A stretch of 64,000 bases of DNA from contig JANJGN010000052.1 in NCBI GenBank assembly GCA_026770705.1, positions 1,736,001 to 1,800,000 on the forward strand. Reading direction: 5' to 3'. How positions within the stretch are numbered: the stretch's first letter is position 1; each line of letters begins with the position of its first letter. The notes below the pieces were generated by a model, which worked only from the letters and a program-made list of their open reading frames with translations, searched no databases and was not told where the DNA came from. This stretch comes from Isurus oxyrinchus (taxonomy: Eukaryota). Positions 48,647 to 62,284 of the stretch are shown here, one piece after another. Both the position numbers and the translations under genes were made by a program.

Positions 48647-48885
48647 TGTCTCTCTCTCTCTCTCACTCTGTCTCTCTATCTCTCTCTCCTTCTCCTCTCT
48701 CTCTGTCTCTCTATCTCTCTCACCTTCTCAGTCAGTCTCTCTCTGTCTCTCCCAGTCTCTCACTATCTCTCTCTCCTTCTCTGTCTCTCTCTCTCTCTCT
48801 CTCTGTGTCTCTCTCACTCTGCTTCTCTGTCTATCTCTCTCTCTCTCCCTCTGCTTCTCTATCTATCGCTGTCTCTCTCTCCTCA
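48647..48885. repeat. (CT)n-rich simple repeat in the gene B 3' region
   Basis: Directly visible; AATAAA at 49129-49134 downstream. Confidence 0.9.
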
Positions 48886-50144
48886 TTTAACATGGGCCTT
48901 ATTAACTGGCTTTGTTAACTCAGCTTTTTGTCACCTGTCCCTAATATCTCATTACGTGTCTCAGAGATAGATTTATATGTGGTTAACAATCCCCTGAAGA
49001 GTTTTGGGACAGTTTGCTACATTAAAGGTGCTATGTTAATGCAAGTTATTGTAGTATCTTGGACCTGCCTCGATTCAGAATGGAACCACAGAGGCTCCTT
49101 CGACAGGGCGTGTGTGCAACAGGCTCGCAATAAATGCATTGCATCGGCAACAACTAAGCATGTCCCTTGATGCTGATGCATTCCAGTCCTGCTGTGTGGA
49201 CACATCACAACCGAGGGACTGCCTGACTGCGTGCAGCCAACATGGCCGAATAGTAATTAGCAGAAATGTGACGTCACTGAACTTTGTTAACATTTCAGAA
49301 TGTGCTTTCTGAATTCTGCAACTTGTTTATTCTGTGATAGATTACAAGAAGCTTTAGCATTTTCTATAATATTACATTTATTGTCACAAGGGATTGAAAT
49401 GCCCAGACAACTCTGTACAGATATATTTTTATTAAACATCTTACTCTAGGACAACCTTCCTGCTCCAATCTGTTAATTCATGTCATTGCATTTCCCCCAG
49501 CAAATTATGTAAATTCCTGTGTCCACATTTATCATGAAAATTTCCCATGTAAACATGTCACACTGTACTTACAATCTCCTGCCAGTGGTGGTGCTGTAAA
49601 CACACCAAATTCTTTCTCAGTGATTGCAGGACATCTCCCAGTTATCTTTACAATATTATTAAAATACAGGGAATGGGGACAATCTTCACACTGTGGTTAC
49701 GATGTTGTAAAGACAGAGAGCTCGTGAAACCTCCCCCCCTCCACAGTGTTGTGGGCAGGGTCAGTTCTGGCTGTGAGACCCCCACACTTATCCCATGCCC
49801 CCTGTTCATTTCTCCATCCCTGCTCTAACTTAGCGCTTTAACACATGAAGGGCAGGGCCCACAGGAAAGTGTGGAAGGGCTGCCCATCACAGCTAGAACA
49901 AGGATCCTGGCGGGTCTCCCAGGATAGAATGGCGGAGTGGGGGAGTGGGAGCAGTGGGGTCAATATCCACAGCCTCCACAACACCCCCATCACTGTTACT
50001 ACCAAGAGGGAACATCAGTCTCAAGACAAAGGCCAGAGTGTGACCAACTGAGACTGAAACCAGCATCAACCAGTGTCCCAGCAAATAAGGTCAGAGTAGG
50101 GGAGATGGGGAAAAGACAGAAAGGTTCTTAAACCGAATGCATGC

Positions 50145-50890
50145 AAGCGAGAATCTAACCATCTCCCCTTGACATTAAATGGCAGCACCATCATTGGATC
50201 CCCCACTGTTAACAGCCTGGGGGTTACCATTGACGAGAATCTGAACAGGGTCAGCCACATAAACATTGTGGCTGCAAGAGCAGCTCAGAGGCTGGGAATC
50301 CTGCGGTGAGTAACTCACCTCCTGACTCCTCAAATCCTGTCCATCATCAACATAGCACAAGGCAGGAGTGTGAATGGAATACTCTCCACTTGCCTGGATG
50401 AGTGCAGCTCCAACAACACTCAAGAAGCTCGACACCACCCTGGACAAAGCAGCCCCGCTTGATTGGCTCCCCCTCAACCACAGCAACACTCACTCCCTCC
50501 ATCGTCAATGCACAGTGGCAGCAGTGTGTCCCATCTACAACCTGACCTTCAGCAACTCAGCAAGGTTCCTTCAACAGCACCTTCCAAACAGACGATCTCT
50601 ACCATTGAGAAGGACAAGGGCAGCAGACATAGGGGAACACCACCACCTGGAAGTTCACCTCCAAGCCACACATCATCCTGATTTTGAAATATATCGCCGT
50701 CCCTTCACTGCCACTTGGTCAAAATCTTGGACTTCATTCTCTAACAGAATTGTGGGTGTACCTACACCACATGGACTGCAGAGGTTCAGGAAGGCAGCTC
50801 ACCACCACCTTCTCAAGGTAATTAGGGATGGGCCATAAATGCTAGCCTAGCCAGTGATGCCCACTTCCCATGGAAGAATGAATATATAAA
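50145..50890 (+). mobile_element. LINE 3' fragment
   Basis: MEYSPLAWMSAAPTTLKKLD...AAHHHLLK. Confidence 0.85.
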
Positions 50891-50899
50891 ACATAAAGT

Positions 50900-53870
50900 T
50901 GGAACAAAATGAATGAAGTCATAGCACAAATAGAGATTAATGGGTACGATAAGATGGACACTGCAGAGAGTTGGTTGCAAGGTGACCAAGGTTGGAAATT
51001 GAAAATTGAAGGATATTTGGAATCTTTGAAAGTATAGGAAAAATGAAAAGGAGGTGGGGTAGCTCTGCTAATAAAAGATGAGACCTGTAAAATAGTGAGC
51101 AATGATCTTGGCTCAGATGTCAAGATGCACAGTCAGTTTGGGTGAATATAAGGAATTACAAGGGAAAGAAATCTCTGATGGGTTGGTTTATACTCCCCCT
51201 GACAGTAGTTGCACTGCAGGGACAGATTATAAATCAATACATGCAGAGGTTTGTGTGAAAGGCACCACAATAATCATGGGAACTTTCAATCGTCATACAG
51301 ATTAGACAAATCAAATTAGCAAATGTAGCTTTCAGCGAGATTTCACAGATTGTATTCAGGACAGTATTTTTGAACAATCCGACATAGAACCAACCAGGGA
51401 AGAGGCTGTTTTAGTCCTGGCAATGTTTAATGAGACAAGAATAATTAACATTTCATTGCAAAGGATCCTCAAGGGAAGAATAATCATACTGTGTTGAAAT
51501 TTAATATTCAGTTTAGAAACTTGGGTCTTAAACTAGTGTCATAAACTTAACTAAAGGCAATTGCAAGGGTTAAAAGCAGAGTCGGCCCAAGTAGAGTGGG
51601 ACAGCAGGTTAAAGGGGGGTGCGGTGGGTAGATGAGGAGTAACAGGCGTCTAAAGAGATCGTTCATAAATTCCAATGAAGATATTTTCCAGTAAGAAAGA
51701 AAGAATCTATAAGAAGGATGGAGCATCGGCGGCTAACTCAGGAAGCTAAGGACGGTATCCAATTGTGAGATAAAGCCGGCAATGTTGGGATGCTTAGTGA
51801 TAGGCTGGAGATTGGGAATATTTGAGAAACCAGAAAAGTGAGGGGAGAAATATAAGGAGGCAGAAATGATGATATGAGAGTAAACTAGCAAGAACCATAA
51901 ACAATGACAGTGAGATGTTGTACATTAAAATAAGAGAGAAGCTACAGTAATAATGGGACACATAGAAAATCAGACTGGGGAATTAATAATGGGAAACAAG
52001 GAAATGACAGAGACTTTCAACAAGAATTTTGTGTCTGTCTTCACAGTAAAAATCTCTAAAACCATCCCAATAGCAGGAGAAAGTCACGGTGCAACAAGGA
52101 GGGAGGAACATAAAACAATCACTATCACCAGAGAAAAAGTATTAAGAAAACTAATGAGACAAATGCTGACAAGTCCCATGGAGCAGACGGCCTGAATGTG
52201 AGGGTCTGAAAGGAAATGGCTGCAGAGACGGTGGATGCATTGGTTGTAATCTTCCGGAATTCCTTAGATTATGGGAAGGTCCCAGTGGATTGGAAAAACA
52301 TAAATAAAACACCTCTGTTCAATAAAGGGAGGAGGCAGAAAGCAAGAAACTACAGGTCAGTTAGTCTAATATCTGTCATTGGGAAAATACCAGAATTCAT
52401 TATGAAGGAGGGAGCAGCAGGACATTTAGAAAACCATAATTCAATCAGACAGAGTCAACATGGGTTTGTGAAAGGGATATCATGTTTGAAAAAATAATTA
52501 GATTTCCTCGAGGATGTAACAAGTGGATTGGATAAAGGAGAACATGTAGATGTGGTGTATTAGGGACTATGACACAGCCAAGGGTAAAGGCTGAGTTGTT
52601 CAAATCCCAGAGGGAAAATTGAAACAACTGTCATAACCCAATTTTGCTGTTTGTAATTTCGAGATGAAGACTTTGAATTCAGTAGGAATAAGACCACCGA
52701 GGCTTTTGAGTTTTTTTATATAAAACTAAATAAACCATTTATTAATTTAACAACAAATTTAACACATACACATTGGCTACAAATAACTACTATAAAAACT
52801 TTTTAACAAATCCCCCAATTAATCAACCTCACGTAAATCTCTACTAAGGCAACAATGAACCATTGACATAATATAGACACCAGGCAAAGCACATTTGACA
52901 TTACGAGTTCCGAATGAAGTTCCTTTGCAAGTTGGTTGGAGGCTACAGGCTGGTTAGGTCTGAAATGCTCCTGCCTCACACACACAAACTCCTTCCTTTA
53001 TATAGCTAGCTTTCCCTTTGAATGTAAATTTTCCATTGTATCACTCGGTCTTCTGAACTCCAGCTCTTCGAACAATAAAACCCCCTTTCACAGCACCAAT
53101 TTCATTAGTAAGTTCAAGAAAAAACACATCTTTTGGCTCCTTCTAACTAGGTGCAAGATTTTACCCCCAGTCTGGAATGGTTTATTCAACAATTGCAAAT
53201 GAACACTTTACTGTTCTCCTCACAATTCACCCAATTAACATCTCAAAACTACTAAACATCAAAGCACACAGACCAGCTGGCTTTAATCCAATTAAGACAC
53301 ACACAGACACACACCTATACATGGACCACCACTAGAATTCTATTTTAAATAATAATTTCCAAGCACATTTTACACACAAATATCTCTTCATGACATTGGA
53401 TTTCCAAAAGGCATTCGATAAGGTCCCACATCAAAGGATACTGCACAGGGTGAAATTGGATGGTGTTGGGGGTGATATATTAATATGGATAGAGGACTGG
53501 CTAACTGACAGGAAACAGAGAGCCAGGATAAATGGGTGATTTTCAGCTTGGTAAACTGTAACTAGTGGAGAGCCACAGGGATCAGTGCTGAGGCCTCAAC
53601 TATTCACAATCTACATTAGTGACTTGGATGAAGAGACTGACTGTACTGTAGGCAGATTTTCTGACTGTGCGGTGAAGATAGGTAGGAAATATATAAAACA
53701 AAAACAGAATTACTTGGAAAAACTCAGCAGGTCTGGCAGCATCAGCGGAGTAGAAAAGAGTTGAGGTTTCGAGTCCTCATGACCCTTCAACTGTGAGGAG
53801 GACACAAAGGGGCTGCAGAGGGAGAATAATAGTTTCAGTGAAGGGACAAAAAAATGAGTGGTTGGAATGT
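50900..53870 (+). mobile_element. Long degenerate CR1 ORF2 (endonuclease and RT relics), interrupted by an LTR-like insert
   Basis: GGGVAL, VYTPP, IIMGTFN endonuclease-like relics; VPVDWK...NYRSVSLISVIGK, QHGFVKG, DFQKAFDKV, PQGSVL RT motifs. Confidence 0.85.
52570..53394 (-). mobile_element. Solo LTR-like element inserted in the CR1
   Basis: Interrupts the CR1 sequence gtggtgtat|ttggatttccaaaagg; homologous to 46795-47551. Confidence 0.65.
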
Positions 53871-54576
53871 AAGGAATGAAAACGTCAGATTGTCCAGCTG
53901 ATCCTACTTGTTTTGTTCTTATATTCTTATACAGACACAGGGTTTACTGATAGTGCACAGCAAAGTGCTGTTCACTCACTTTGTTCCAACTTCCTCTTTT
54001 AAACACACAGTGACACATCAGCACTTTCTAATTAAATACACAGAGGAGCAGCACAGGAAGAGGTCATTCAGCCCAAGCAGAGCGTGTGGGCACTTCCTCC
54101 CCAGGCGAGCAGTCGGACAGGTCCTGGGTAAGTAACAGAACGATTGGAATTCACTTCCACCACCAACACCGTCCTTTGTTGATGCTGTGACTTTATAAAG
54201 ACAGATTCCAATGATTGATGCCTTTGAAAGATTTCTACTGGTTATTGAGATCTGGTGTGAGGCTCAAGTCTGTTGTACTGCACATCTTTCTAGCTCAAGG
54301 GATGAGGGAAGTGGAGTGACATGAGATTTTGGATGGTCTGAGGTGGTGAAAGGTGCTATACAAATGCAAATCCTTCATTGTTTTTCTTCCTTAAAGCCTT
54401 GTAACTCTCTGCAGAGCACCTGTCATCCCACCTTGAATCAAATTAGTCAGTGAAGACATTGTCTAAAAGGAGTTCGGATCTTGCAAGAGCTGTCGGACAA
54501 GAGGTGAGGACTCATTAACTCCTTTCTCTTTCAGAGTTTGAGAGTGAGAAGTGAATGGAATATCTGGGAGTGGACA

Positions 54577-54616
54577 ATGATCGGGAAATCTTACTTCCTC
54601 CTGTCACTTCTCCAAG
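54577..54616 (+). CDS. Gene C leader exon copy 1: MIGKSYFLLSLLQ
   Basis: Intact ATG, acceptor and donor. Confidence 0.75.
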
Positions 54617-56343
54617 GTAATATCATCGTCAGCTTGGACAGATTTATGGTAAAGGGTCTTTGTAAAGATCATTCTTATTGAGCTGTGATTGGGAACTGAT
54701 TCAGCAGTGAGCCAGTGTACAAACTCATACCAAGTCCCATTCACCCATCACCCCTGTGCTCACTGATATACACTGACTCCCTGTCTGACAGCAGAATTGG
54801 AGGAGAATAGAGATCTCAGAGGGTTGTAGGGGCTGGAGGAGGTTACAGGGTTAGGCAGGATTGTAGCAGCTAGAGCAGAATCTTAAACTTCAGGTGATGT
54901 CGAGTGTTGGTCAGTGATAGATGGGGAGTGATGGGTTGAGCAGAAAATCAGGGAAAAAAACTGGGGGATGAAATCTATCCAGGTGCTAGGACTCTGATAG
55001 CAAAAACCTGAAATTTGTGTCTTTTGCTGATTTTAATCAGAATTTCCCATGAAGACAACACAGCAGCTCCTAGAATAGACAGGCTGTTCAGCATCACACT
55101 TCCTGTCCATTCACACCATGATAGACACTTTGATAAGGGAGCAAGATAACTGAAAGAGAGAAGGGAGGCAAAGCTGTCTGTGTGTAAAACTGTCAAATAT
55201 TCTGAGTTATCCTGATTGATTCTGATCTGCTGCAGAGTTTAAATTTCACAGAATCTGAGCACTTTGCAGCTCAGAGAGAGACCATTGACTCACTGCCTGA
55301 AAGGCCGGTGGAAGCAGATTCAACAGGAACTTTCAGAAGGGGAACTGGATAAATACTTGAAGGGGACATTTTGCAGGGCTGTGAGGGAGAGAGCAGAGGT
55401 TAGAGTGGGACTAATTGGACAGATCTTTCAAAGCCTCAACTATTCACAATCTACATTAGTGACTTGGATGAAGGGACTGACTGTACTGTAGGCAGATTTT
55501 CTGACTGTGTGGTGAAGATAGGTAGGAAATATATAAGCTGTGCAGGAAAGCAAGTTGTGAGGAGGACACAAAGAGGCTGCAGAGGCAGATAAATAGTTTC
55601 AGTGAGTGGATAAAAAAAATGAGTGGATGGAATATAAGGAGTGAAAATGTCAGGGTGTCCAGCTGATCCTACTTGTTCTGTTCTTATATTCTTATACAGA
55701 CACAGGGTTTACTGACAGTGCACAGCAAAGTGCTGTTCACTCACTTTGTTCCAACTTCCTCATTTTGTCTCACAGTGACACATCAACCCTTTCTAATTAA
55801 ACACACAGAGGGAGCAGCACAGGAAGAGGTCATTCAGCCCAAGCAGAGCGTGTGGGCAGTTCCTCCCCAGGCAAGCAGTCGGACAGGTCCTGGGTAAGTA
55901 ACGGAACGATTGGAATTCACTTCCACCACCAACACTGTCCTTTGTTGATGTTGTGACTTTATAAAGACAGATTCCAATGATTGATGCCTTTGAAAGATTT
56001 CTACTGGTTATTGAGATCTGGGTGTGAGGCTCAAGTCTGTTGTACAGAACATCTTTCTAGCTCAAGGGATGAGGGAAGTGGAGTGACACGAGATTTTGGA
56101 TGCTCTGAGGTGGTGAAAGGTGCTATACAAATGCAAATCCTTCATTGTTTTTCTTCCTTAAAGCCTTGTAACTCTCTGCAGAGCACCTATCATCCCACCG
56201 TGATTCAAATTAGTCAGTGAATACATTGTCTAAAAGGAGTTCTGATCTTTCGAGAGCTGTCGGACAAGAGGTGAGGTCTCATTAACTCGTTTCTCTTTCA
56301 GAGTTTGAGAGTGAGAAGTGAATGGAATATCTGGGAGAGGACA

Positions 56344-56383
56344 ATGATCGGGAAATCTTACTTCCTCCTGTCACTTCTCCAAG
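56344..56383 (+). CDS. Gene C leader exon copy 2: MIGKSYFLLSLLQ
   Basis: Intact ATG, acceptor and donor. Confidence 0.75.
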
Positions 56384-58108
56384 GTAATATCATCGTCAGC
56401 TTGGACAGATTTATGGTAAAGGGTCTTTGTAAAGATCAATCTTATTGATCTCTGATTGGGAACTAATTCAGCAGTGAGCCAGTGTACAAACTCACACCAA
56501 GTCCCATTCACCCATCACCCCTGTGCTCACTGATATACACTGACTCCCTGTCTGACAGCAAATTGGAGAAGAATAGAGATCTCAGAGCGTTGTAGGGGCT
56601 GGAGGAGGTTACAGGGTTAGGCAGGATTGTAGCAGCTAGAGCAGAATCTTAAACTTCAGGTGATGTCGGGTGTTGGTCAGTGATGGATGGGGAGTGATGG
56701 GTTGAGCAGAAAATCAGGGAAAAAAACAGGGAGATGACAGCTATCCTGATGCTAGGACACGGATAACAATGCGCTGTAATTTTGTGTCTATTGCTGATTT
56801 TAGTCAGAATTTCCCATGAAGACAACACAGCAGCTCCTAGAATAGACAGGCTGTTCAGTGTCACACTTCCTGTCCATTCTCACCTTGCTAGATACTTCAA
56901 TAAGGGAGCAAGATAACTGAAAGAGAGAAGGGAGGCAAAGCTGTCCGTGTGTAAAACTGTCAAATATTCTGAGTTATCATGATTGATTCTGACCTGCTGC
57001 AGAGTTTAAATTTCACAGAATCTGAGCACTTTGCAGCTCAGAGAGAGACCATTGACTCACTGCCTGAAAGGGCGGTGGAAGCAGATTCAACAGGAACTTT
57101 CAGAAGGGGAACTGGATAAATACTTGAAGGGGACATTTTGCAGGGCTGTGGAGGAGAGAGCAGAGGTGAGCGTGGGAATAATTAGACAGATATTTCAAAG
57201 CCTCAACTATTCACATTCTACATTAGTGACTTGGATGAAGGGACTGACTGTACTGTAGGCAGATTTTCTGACTGTATGGTGAAGATAGGTAGGAAATATA
57301 TAAGCTGTGCAGGAAAGCTGGTTGTGAGGAGGACACAAAGAGGCTGCAGAGGGAGATAAATAGTTTCAGTGAGTGGATAAAAAAATGAGTGGCTGCCATG
57401 TAAGGAATGAAAATGTCAGGGTGTCCAGCTGATCCTACTTGTTCTGTTCTTATATTCTTATACAGACACAGGGTTTACTGACAGTGCACAGCAAAGTGCT
57501 GTTCTGTCACTTTGTTCCAACTTCCTCTTTTTGTCTCACAGAGACACATCAGCTCTTTCTAATTAAATACACAGAGGAGCAGCACAGGAAGAGGTCATTC
57601 AGCCCAAGCAGAGCGTGTGGGCAGTTCCTCCCCAGGCGAGCAGTCGGACAGGTCCTGGGTAAGTAACGGAACGATTGGAATTCACTTCCACCACCAACAC
57701 TGTCCTTTGTTGATGTTGTGACTTTATAAAGACAGATTCCAATTATTGATGCCTTTGAAAGCTTTCTACTGATTATTGAGATCTGGGTGTGAGGCTCAAG
57801 TCTGTTGTACAGAACATCTTTCTAGCTCAAGGGATGAGGGAAGTGGAGTGACATGAGATTTTGGATGCTCTGACGTGGTGAAAGGTGCTATACAAATGCA
57901 AATCCTTCATTGTTTTTCTTCCTTAAGGCCTTGTAACTCTCTGCAGAGCACCTATCATCCCACCGTGAATCAAATTAGTCAGTGAAGACATTGTCTAAAA
58001 GGAGTTCTGATCTTTCGAGAGCTGACGGACAAGAGGTGAGGTCTCATTAACTCCTTTCTCTTTCAGATTTTGAGAGTGAGAAGTGAATGGAATATCTGGG
58101 AGTGGACA

Positions 58109-58148
58109 ATGATCGGGAAATCTTACTTCATCCTGTCACTTCTCCAAG
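58109..58148 (+). CDS. Gene C leader exon copy 3: MIGKSYFILSLLQ
   Basis: Intact ATG, acceptor and donor; closest copy to the V exon. Confidence 0.8.
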
Positions 58149-59320
58149 GTAATATCATCGTCAGCTTGGACAGATTTATGGTAAAGTGTCTTTGTAAAGA
58201 TCATTCTTATTGAGCTCTGATTGGGAACTGATTCAGCAGTGAGCCAGTGTACAAACTCATACCAAGTCCCATTCACCCATCACCCCTGTGCTCACTGATA
58301 TACACTGACTCCCTGTCTGACAGCAGAATTGGAGAAGAATAGTGATCTCAGAGCGTTGTAGGAGCTGGAGACGGTTACACAATTAGGCAGGATTGTAGCA
58401 GCTAGAGCAGAATCTTAAACTTCAGGTGATGTCGGCTGTTGGTCAGTGATAGATGGGGAGTGATGGGTTGAGCAGAAAATCAGGGAAAGAACCTGGGGGA
58501 TGAAATCTATCCTGGTGCTAGGATTCTGATAGCAATATCCTGAAATTTGTGCCTTTTGCTGATTTTGGTCAGAATTTCCCATGAAGACAACACAGCAGCT
58601 CCTAGAATAGACAGGCTGTTCAGTGTCACACTTCCTGTCCATTCACACCATGCCAGAAACTTTGATAAGGGAGCAAGATAACTGAAAGAGAGAAGGGAGG
58701 CAAAGCTGTCTGTGTATTCTGAGTTATCCTGATTGATTCTGATCTGCTGCAGAGTTTAAATCTCACAGAATCTGAGCACTTTGCAGCTCAGAGAGAGACC
58801 ATTGACTCACTGCCTGAAAGGGCGGTGGAAGCAGATTCAACAGGAACTTTCAGAAGGGGAACTGGATAAATACTTGAAGGGAAATTTGCAGGGATGTGTG
58901 AAAGGTGCTGGAGAGGAATTGGGAAAGAGCCAGCACATGCACGATGGGTCAAATGAGCTCCTCCTGTGCTGTATCATTCAACAATCAGAGAATTTTAGAT
59001 CCTTATCAGCAAATCTTCAGAATCCTGCTGAATCACGGATATTTCAGAAGGACAGGGAACCAGAGGTTTCTGGTATCAGCGTTTCATGTGGGGCCCAGTT
59101 CAGTTTGAACAAATAAACAACACCATCTTTGAAAGTCATGAACCCACCACAGCGGCACCTCCAACACATGCAGAGCTCAGGCTAGAGGCGCTTTGTTAGT
59201 GTGTTTCACAGTGTCTGCTGGAGTAGGGTCAGTGCTGAGCTTGGGGACAAGTCAGTCTACAATGCTGCATCGGAATCAACAATACAACAATATGGGGTTT
59301 GGATCAGAAATAATCCCCTA

Positions 59321-59488
59321 GACAATGAGGATCCAAAGAGATTCCTTAGACAATGAGGATCCAAAGAGATTCCTTAGACAATGAGGATCCAAAGAGATTC
59401 CTTAGACAATGAGGATACAATGAGATTCCTCAGACAATGAGGATCCAAAGTGATTCCTCAGACAAGGAGGATCCAAAGAGATTCCTTA
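59321..59488. repeat. 28-bp tandem repeat (gacaatgaggatccaaagagattcctta), about 6 copies
   Basis: 28-bp period directly visible. Confidence 0.9.
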
Positions 59489-60099
59489 TTCCATTGGTTG
59501 TCTAATTGGGGTCCATAATTTTCCAAGGGGTCCTCGGCAGAATCAAATTATCGAGCACGAGAGAGAAAAACACCGGAGAGAACGGGAAAGGTGTGTTGGG
59601 CTCATGACTTTCAAAGATGGTGTTGTTTATTTGTTCAAACTGAACTGGGCCCCACACAAAACGCTGATACCAGAAACCTCTTGTTCCCTGTTCTTCTGAA
59701 ATATCCGTGACTTCAGCAGGATTCTGAAGAGTTGCTGATGGAGGAACAGAAACCCAATTTTTTTTTTGGTGAAGTTCAGTCAGGAACCAATAACGTTTTG
59801 TTTCAAGTAGACGTTGTTTGAGATTCAAGACACTTGCTAAGAGAATAAGGCGACAAGATTCCATTTTTGCACAGACACCCTGGGGTCTGCCCTCGGCCCC
59901 CCCCAAAAATGACAAAAGCAGCAAATTGTGCTGCGAGCCCCCCGCGCACGTGTGAACCTCCCGAGGTCTGTGAGGACTCGGCGTTCCGGCTCTCTGCTCA
60001 CGATGCACGAGGTCAGTCTGGATCTCAGGCCAAGGTGGGATGGAGGAACACAGGGAGAACGGATACAGATACATCATTCACCAAAAGTTACACCACACA

Positions 60100-60720
60100 T
60101 TAACCAGGTCAGAAAAATAGCAGTCCAAACGCTAGACTTTATTCTGAAAGGGAGTGAATTGAAAAGCAGGGAAGTGATGGAAAACCTGTATTGAACCTTG
60201 GTCAGTCTACATTGACCGTGCTGCCTGCAGTTCTGGTCACCATGTTATAAAAAGGATATAGAGACACTGGAGAGGGCGCAGAGAAGATTGACAATGATGA
60301 TCCCAGAAATGTGGGGGTAAACATATGAGGACAGGACTGACGGGCTGGGTCTCTCTTCCCTAGAAGAGACAAGGCTGAGGGGATGACCTAATCCAGGTGT
60401 TTAAAACTGAGAAAGGTTTCGATGGAGTGGATACAGAGAGAGTGTTTCCTCTTGTTGGGAGAGGAGACCAGAACTAGGGGCCCTCAATATGAGATCATCA
60501 CTGATAAACCCAATGGGGAATTCCGGAGAAACGTCTTTACCAAGAGAGTGGGGAGAATGTGGAACTCGCTCCCACAGGGAGTGGCTGGGGTGAATAGTAT
60601 TGATGTATTTAAGACGGAACCTGGATTAACACATGAGGGAGAAAGGAACATAGGGGTATGATGGTAGGTTTAGAGGAAAGTTTTTAGTTGACTGGGTAGA
60701 CAGAGAATATTTCCCCTTGT
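60100..60720 (+). mobile_element. CR1 LINE 3' fragment
   Basis: RRNVFTKRVGRMWNSLPQGV motif. Confidence 0.8.
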
Positions 60721-61206
60721 GGGCAGGAGAATAACTAGAGGCCGAGTGATTGGTGATTCCTTAAACATTGAAGAGGGAATGAACACCAATCAGATTGAAT
60801 CAGATTAGCCAATCAGCTGTGTTGAAGAGCAGACAGGAATGTTAGGCTAATTAGTGATTCATGACGGTGATAATGGGGGGAGTTCTGAGGGCTCCTAATC
60901 CATTGTCCTGTCTTGTAAATCAGCACTGAATGGATCTCAATTGGTGTGCCTTGTAGACACTGTGTTGGGAGGAAGACTGGCTTCACTAAACAGGTTCCTG
61001 AGGACCATGAGCCAATGTAGAATGAACTTGTCCACTCCTGTGTCCAGGATTCACTTCCATCCATTGTGAAACCTTGGGGAGTTCCTTGTGTGTCCTGTAG
61101 ATGGTCCACACTGCAGCCACTGTGCCCCAGTGATGGAGGGGGTGGATATCGAGTCTAGTGGATCTACAAACCTTCCAGAGTTAAATATTGATATTTCTCT
61201 CCCCAG

Positions 61207-61575
61207 TTGGACTGTCACAAGAGTGGAAAGGTGACACTCCACGAGAGGTGTCAGCGCAGCAATGTTCGTGTGTACAGATTCCATGTCATTACAGTTATCC
61301 AGCAAAATTTGAAAACCAACCGCGAGGTGCACTCTGGTTTAATAATGAGAAACAGATTCCCTGGGCTCCCATTGCCTTTCACTCCAAGGATCACAGTCAC
61401 GAGTTACCACGGTTCCACCATCGGACCCGGCTGTCTGGAGACCTGAAAGATGGCGACTGTTCCCTGATTATAAACAACATCAGACGGGAAGATGCAGGAC
61501 CTTATTTTTTCAGAATAGAATTTGACAATGGTCCGAGCCATAACTATTACCCTGTAACCCAGCTTCACGTTTCTG
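61207..61575 (+). CDS. Gene C Siglec V-set exon (Arg present, YFFRIE; extra Cys in QQCSC)
   Basis: 369-nt open phase 1-1 exon. Confidence 0.93.
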
Positions 61576-61974
61576 GTAAGTGCTGTGTTATAATTACTCA
61601 ACAATTCACATTCAACACTCAATGGGAAATAACACAAACTGTGACGTTTACATATTAGCACAAAACACAGCTTATTATAACACACTGTCTGATTCTCAAT
61701 AACCTCGTGATAGCTTCCAGTTCAGTCCTAAAGCAACCTCTAATACTCACTTTAATATCAATGATGAAATGCATTGACTGTGTCCATTAATGTTATCAGG
61801 TTATCCACTCTCATCGATCTCTCTAATCAGTTTAAAAGTCTTTCCTGATCATTGTAACCTCTCAGTTCTGACATCATCCTTGTAAAAGTGCTTTCTCGTG
61901 TGGGACTGTGGTTTCTATTTGAACTGATGCTTCACGTTATATTTCTCTAAAAGGATCCATTCTCTGTCTGTTAG

Positions 61975-62271
61975 ATTTCACAGATAAACCCAAGATATTC
62001 CCTGCTGAAATTATTGCAGGAAAGCGTGTGGATGTAAGCTGCACCTTCAACACAACGTGCAATGGAACAGCAGCACCTGTCTTAACCTGGGACACTCCCC
62101 CTGACGTACCTGGATCTGTCTCAAACACTGTAACTCAGCATGGTGTCACTCTGACCTATACTTCTGTTCTGACCCTGATCCCATCACTCAAACACCATGG
62201 ACACACTCTCAGCTGCAGAGTGAGATATCCATCTGTTTCATCGGAGCGGACCCTCGTACTAACTGTGCAAG
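61975..62271 (+). CDS. Gene C Siglec C2-set exon; gene continues beyond the window
   Basis: 297 nt, open, AG/GT-flanked. Confidence 0.92.
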
Positions 62272-62284
62272 GTAAGTATGGACA

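Larger units (their letters stand above)
53592..58930 (+). repeat. Tandem triplication (~1766-bp unit) of the gene C promoter, exon 1 and leader exon
   Basis: Unit starts gcctcaactattcac at ~53592, 55433 and 57200; exon-1 donors after 54127, 55893 and 57658. Confidence 0.92.

Noticed and set aside
11144-62271. V exons as rearranging Ig/TCR/NAR V segments
   Set aside because: They have the Siglec B-E cysteine pattern and no F-strand YYC, include the G strand, and end in splice donors. No heptamer-spacer-nonamer RSS was seen at their 3' ends.
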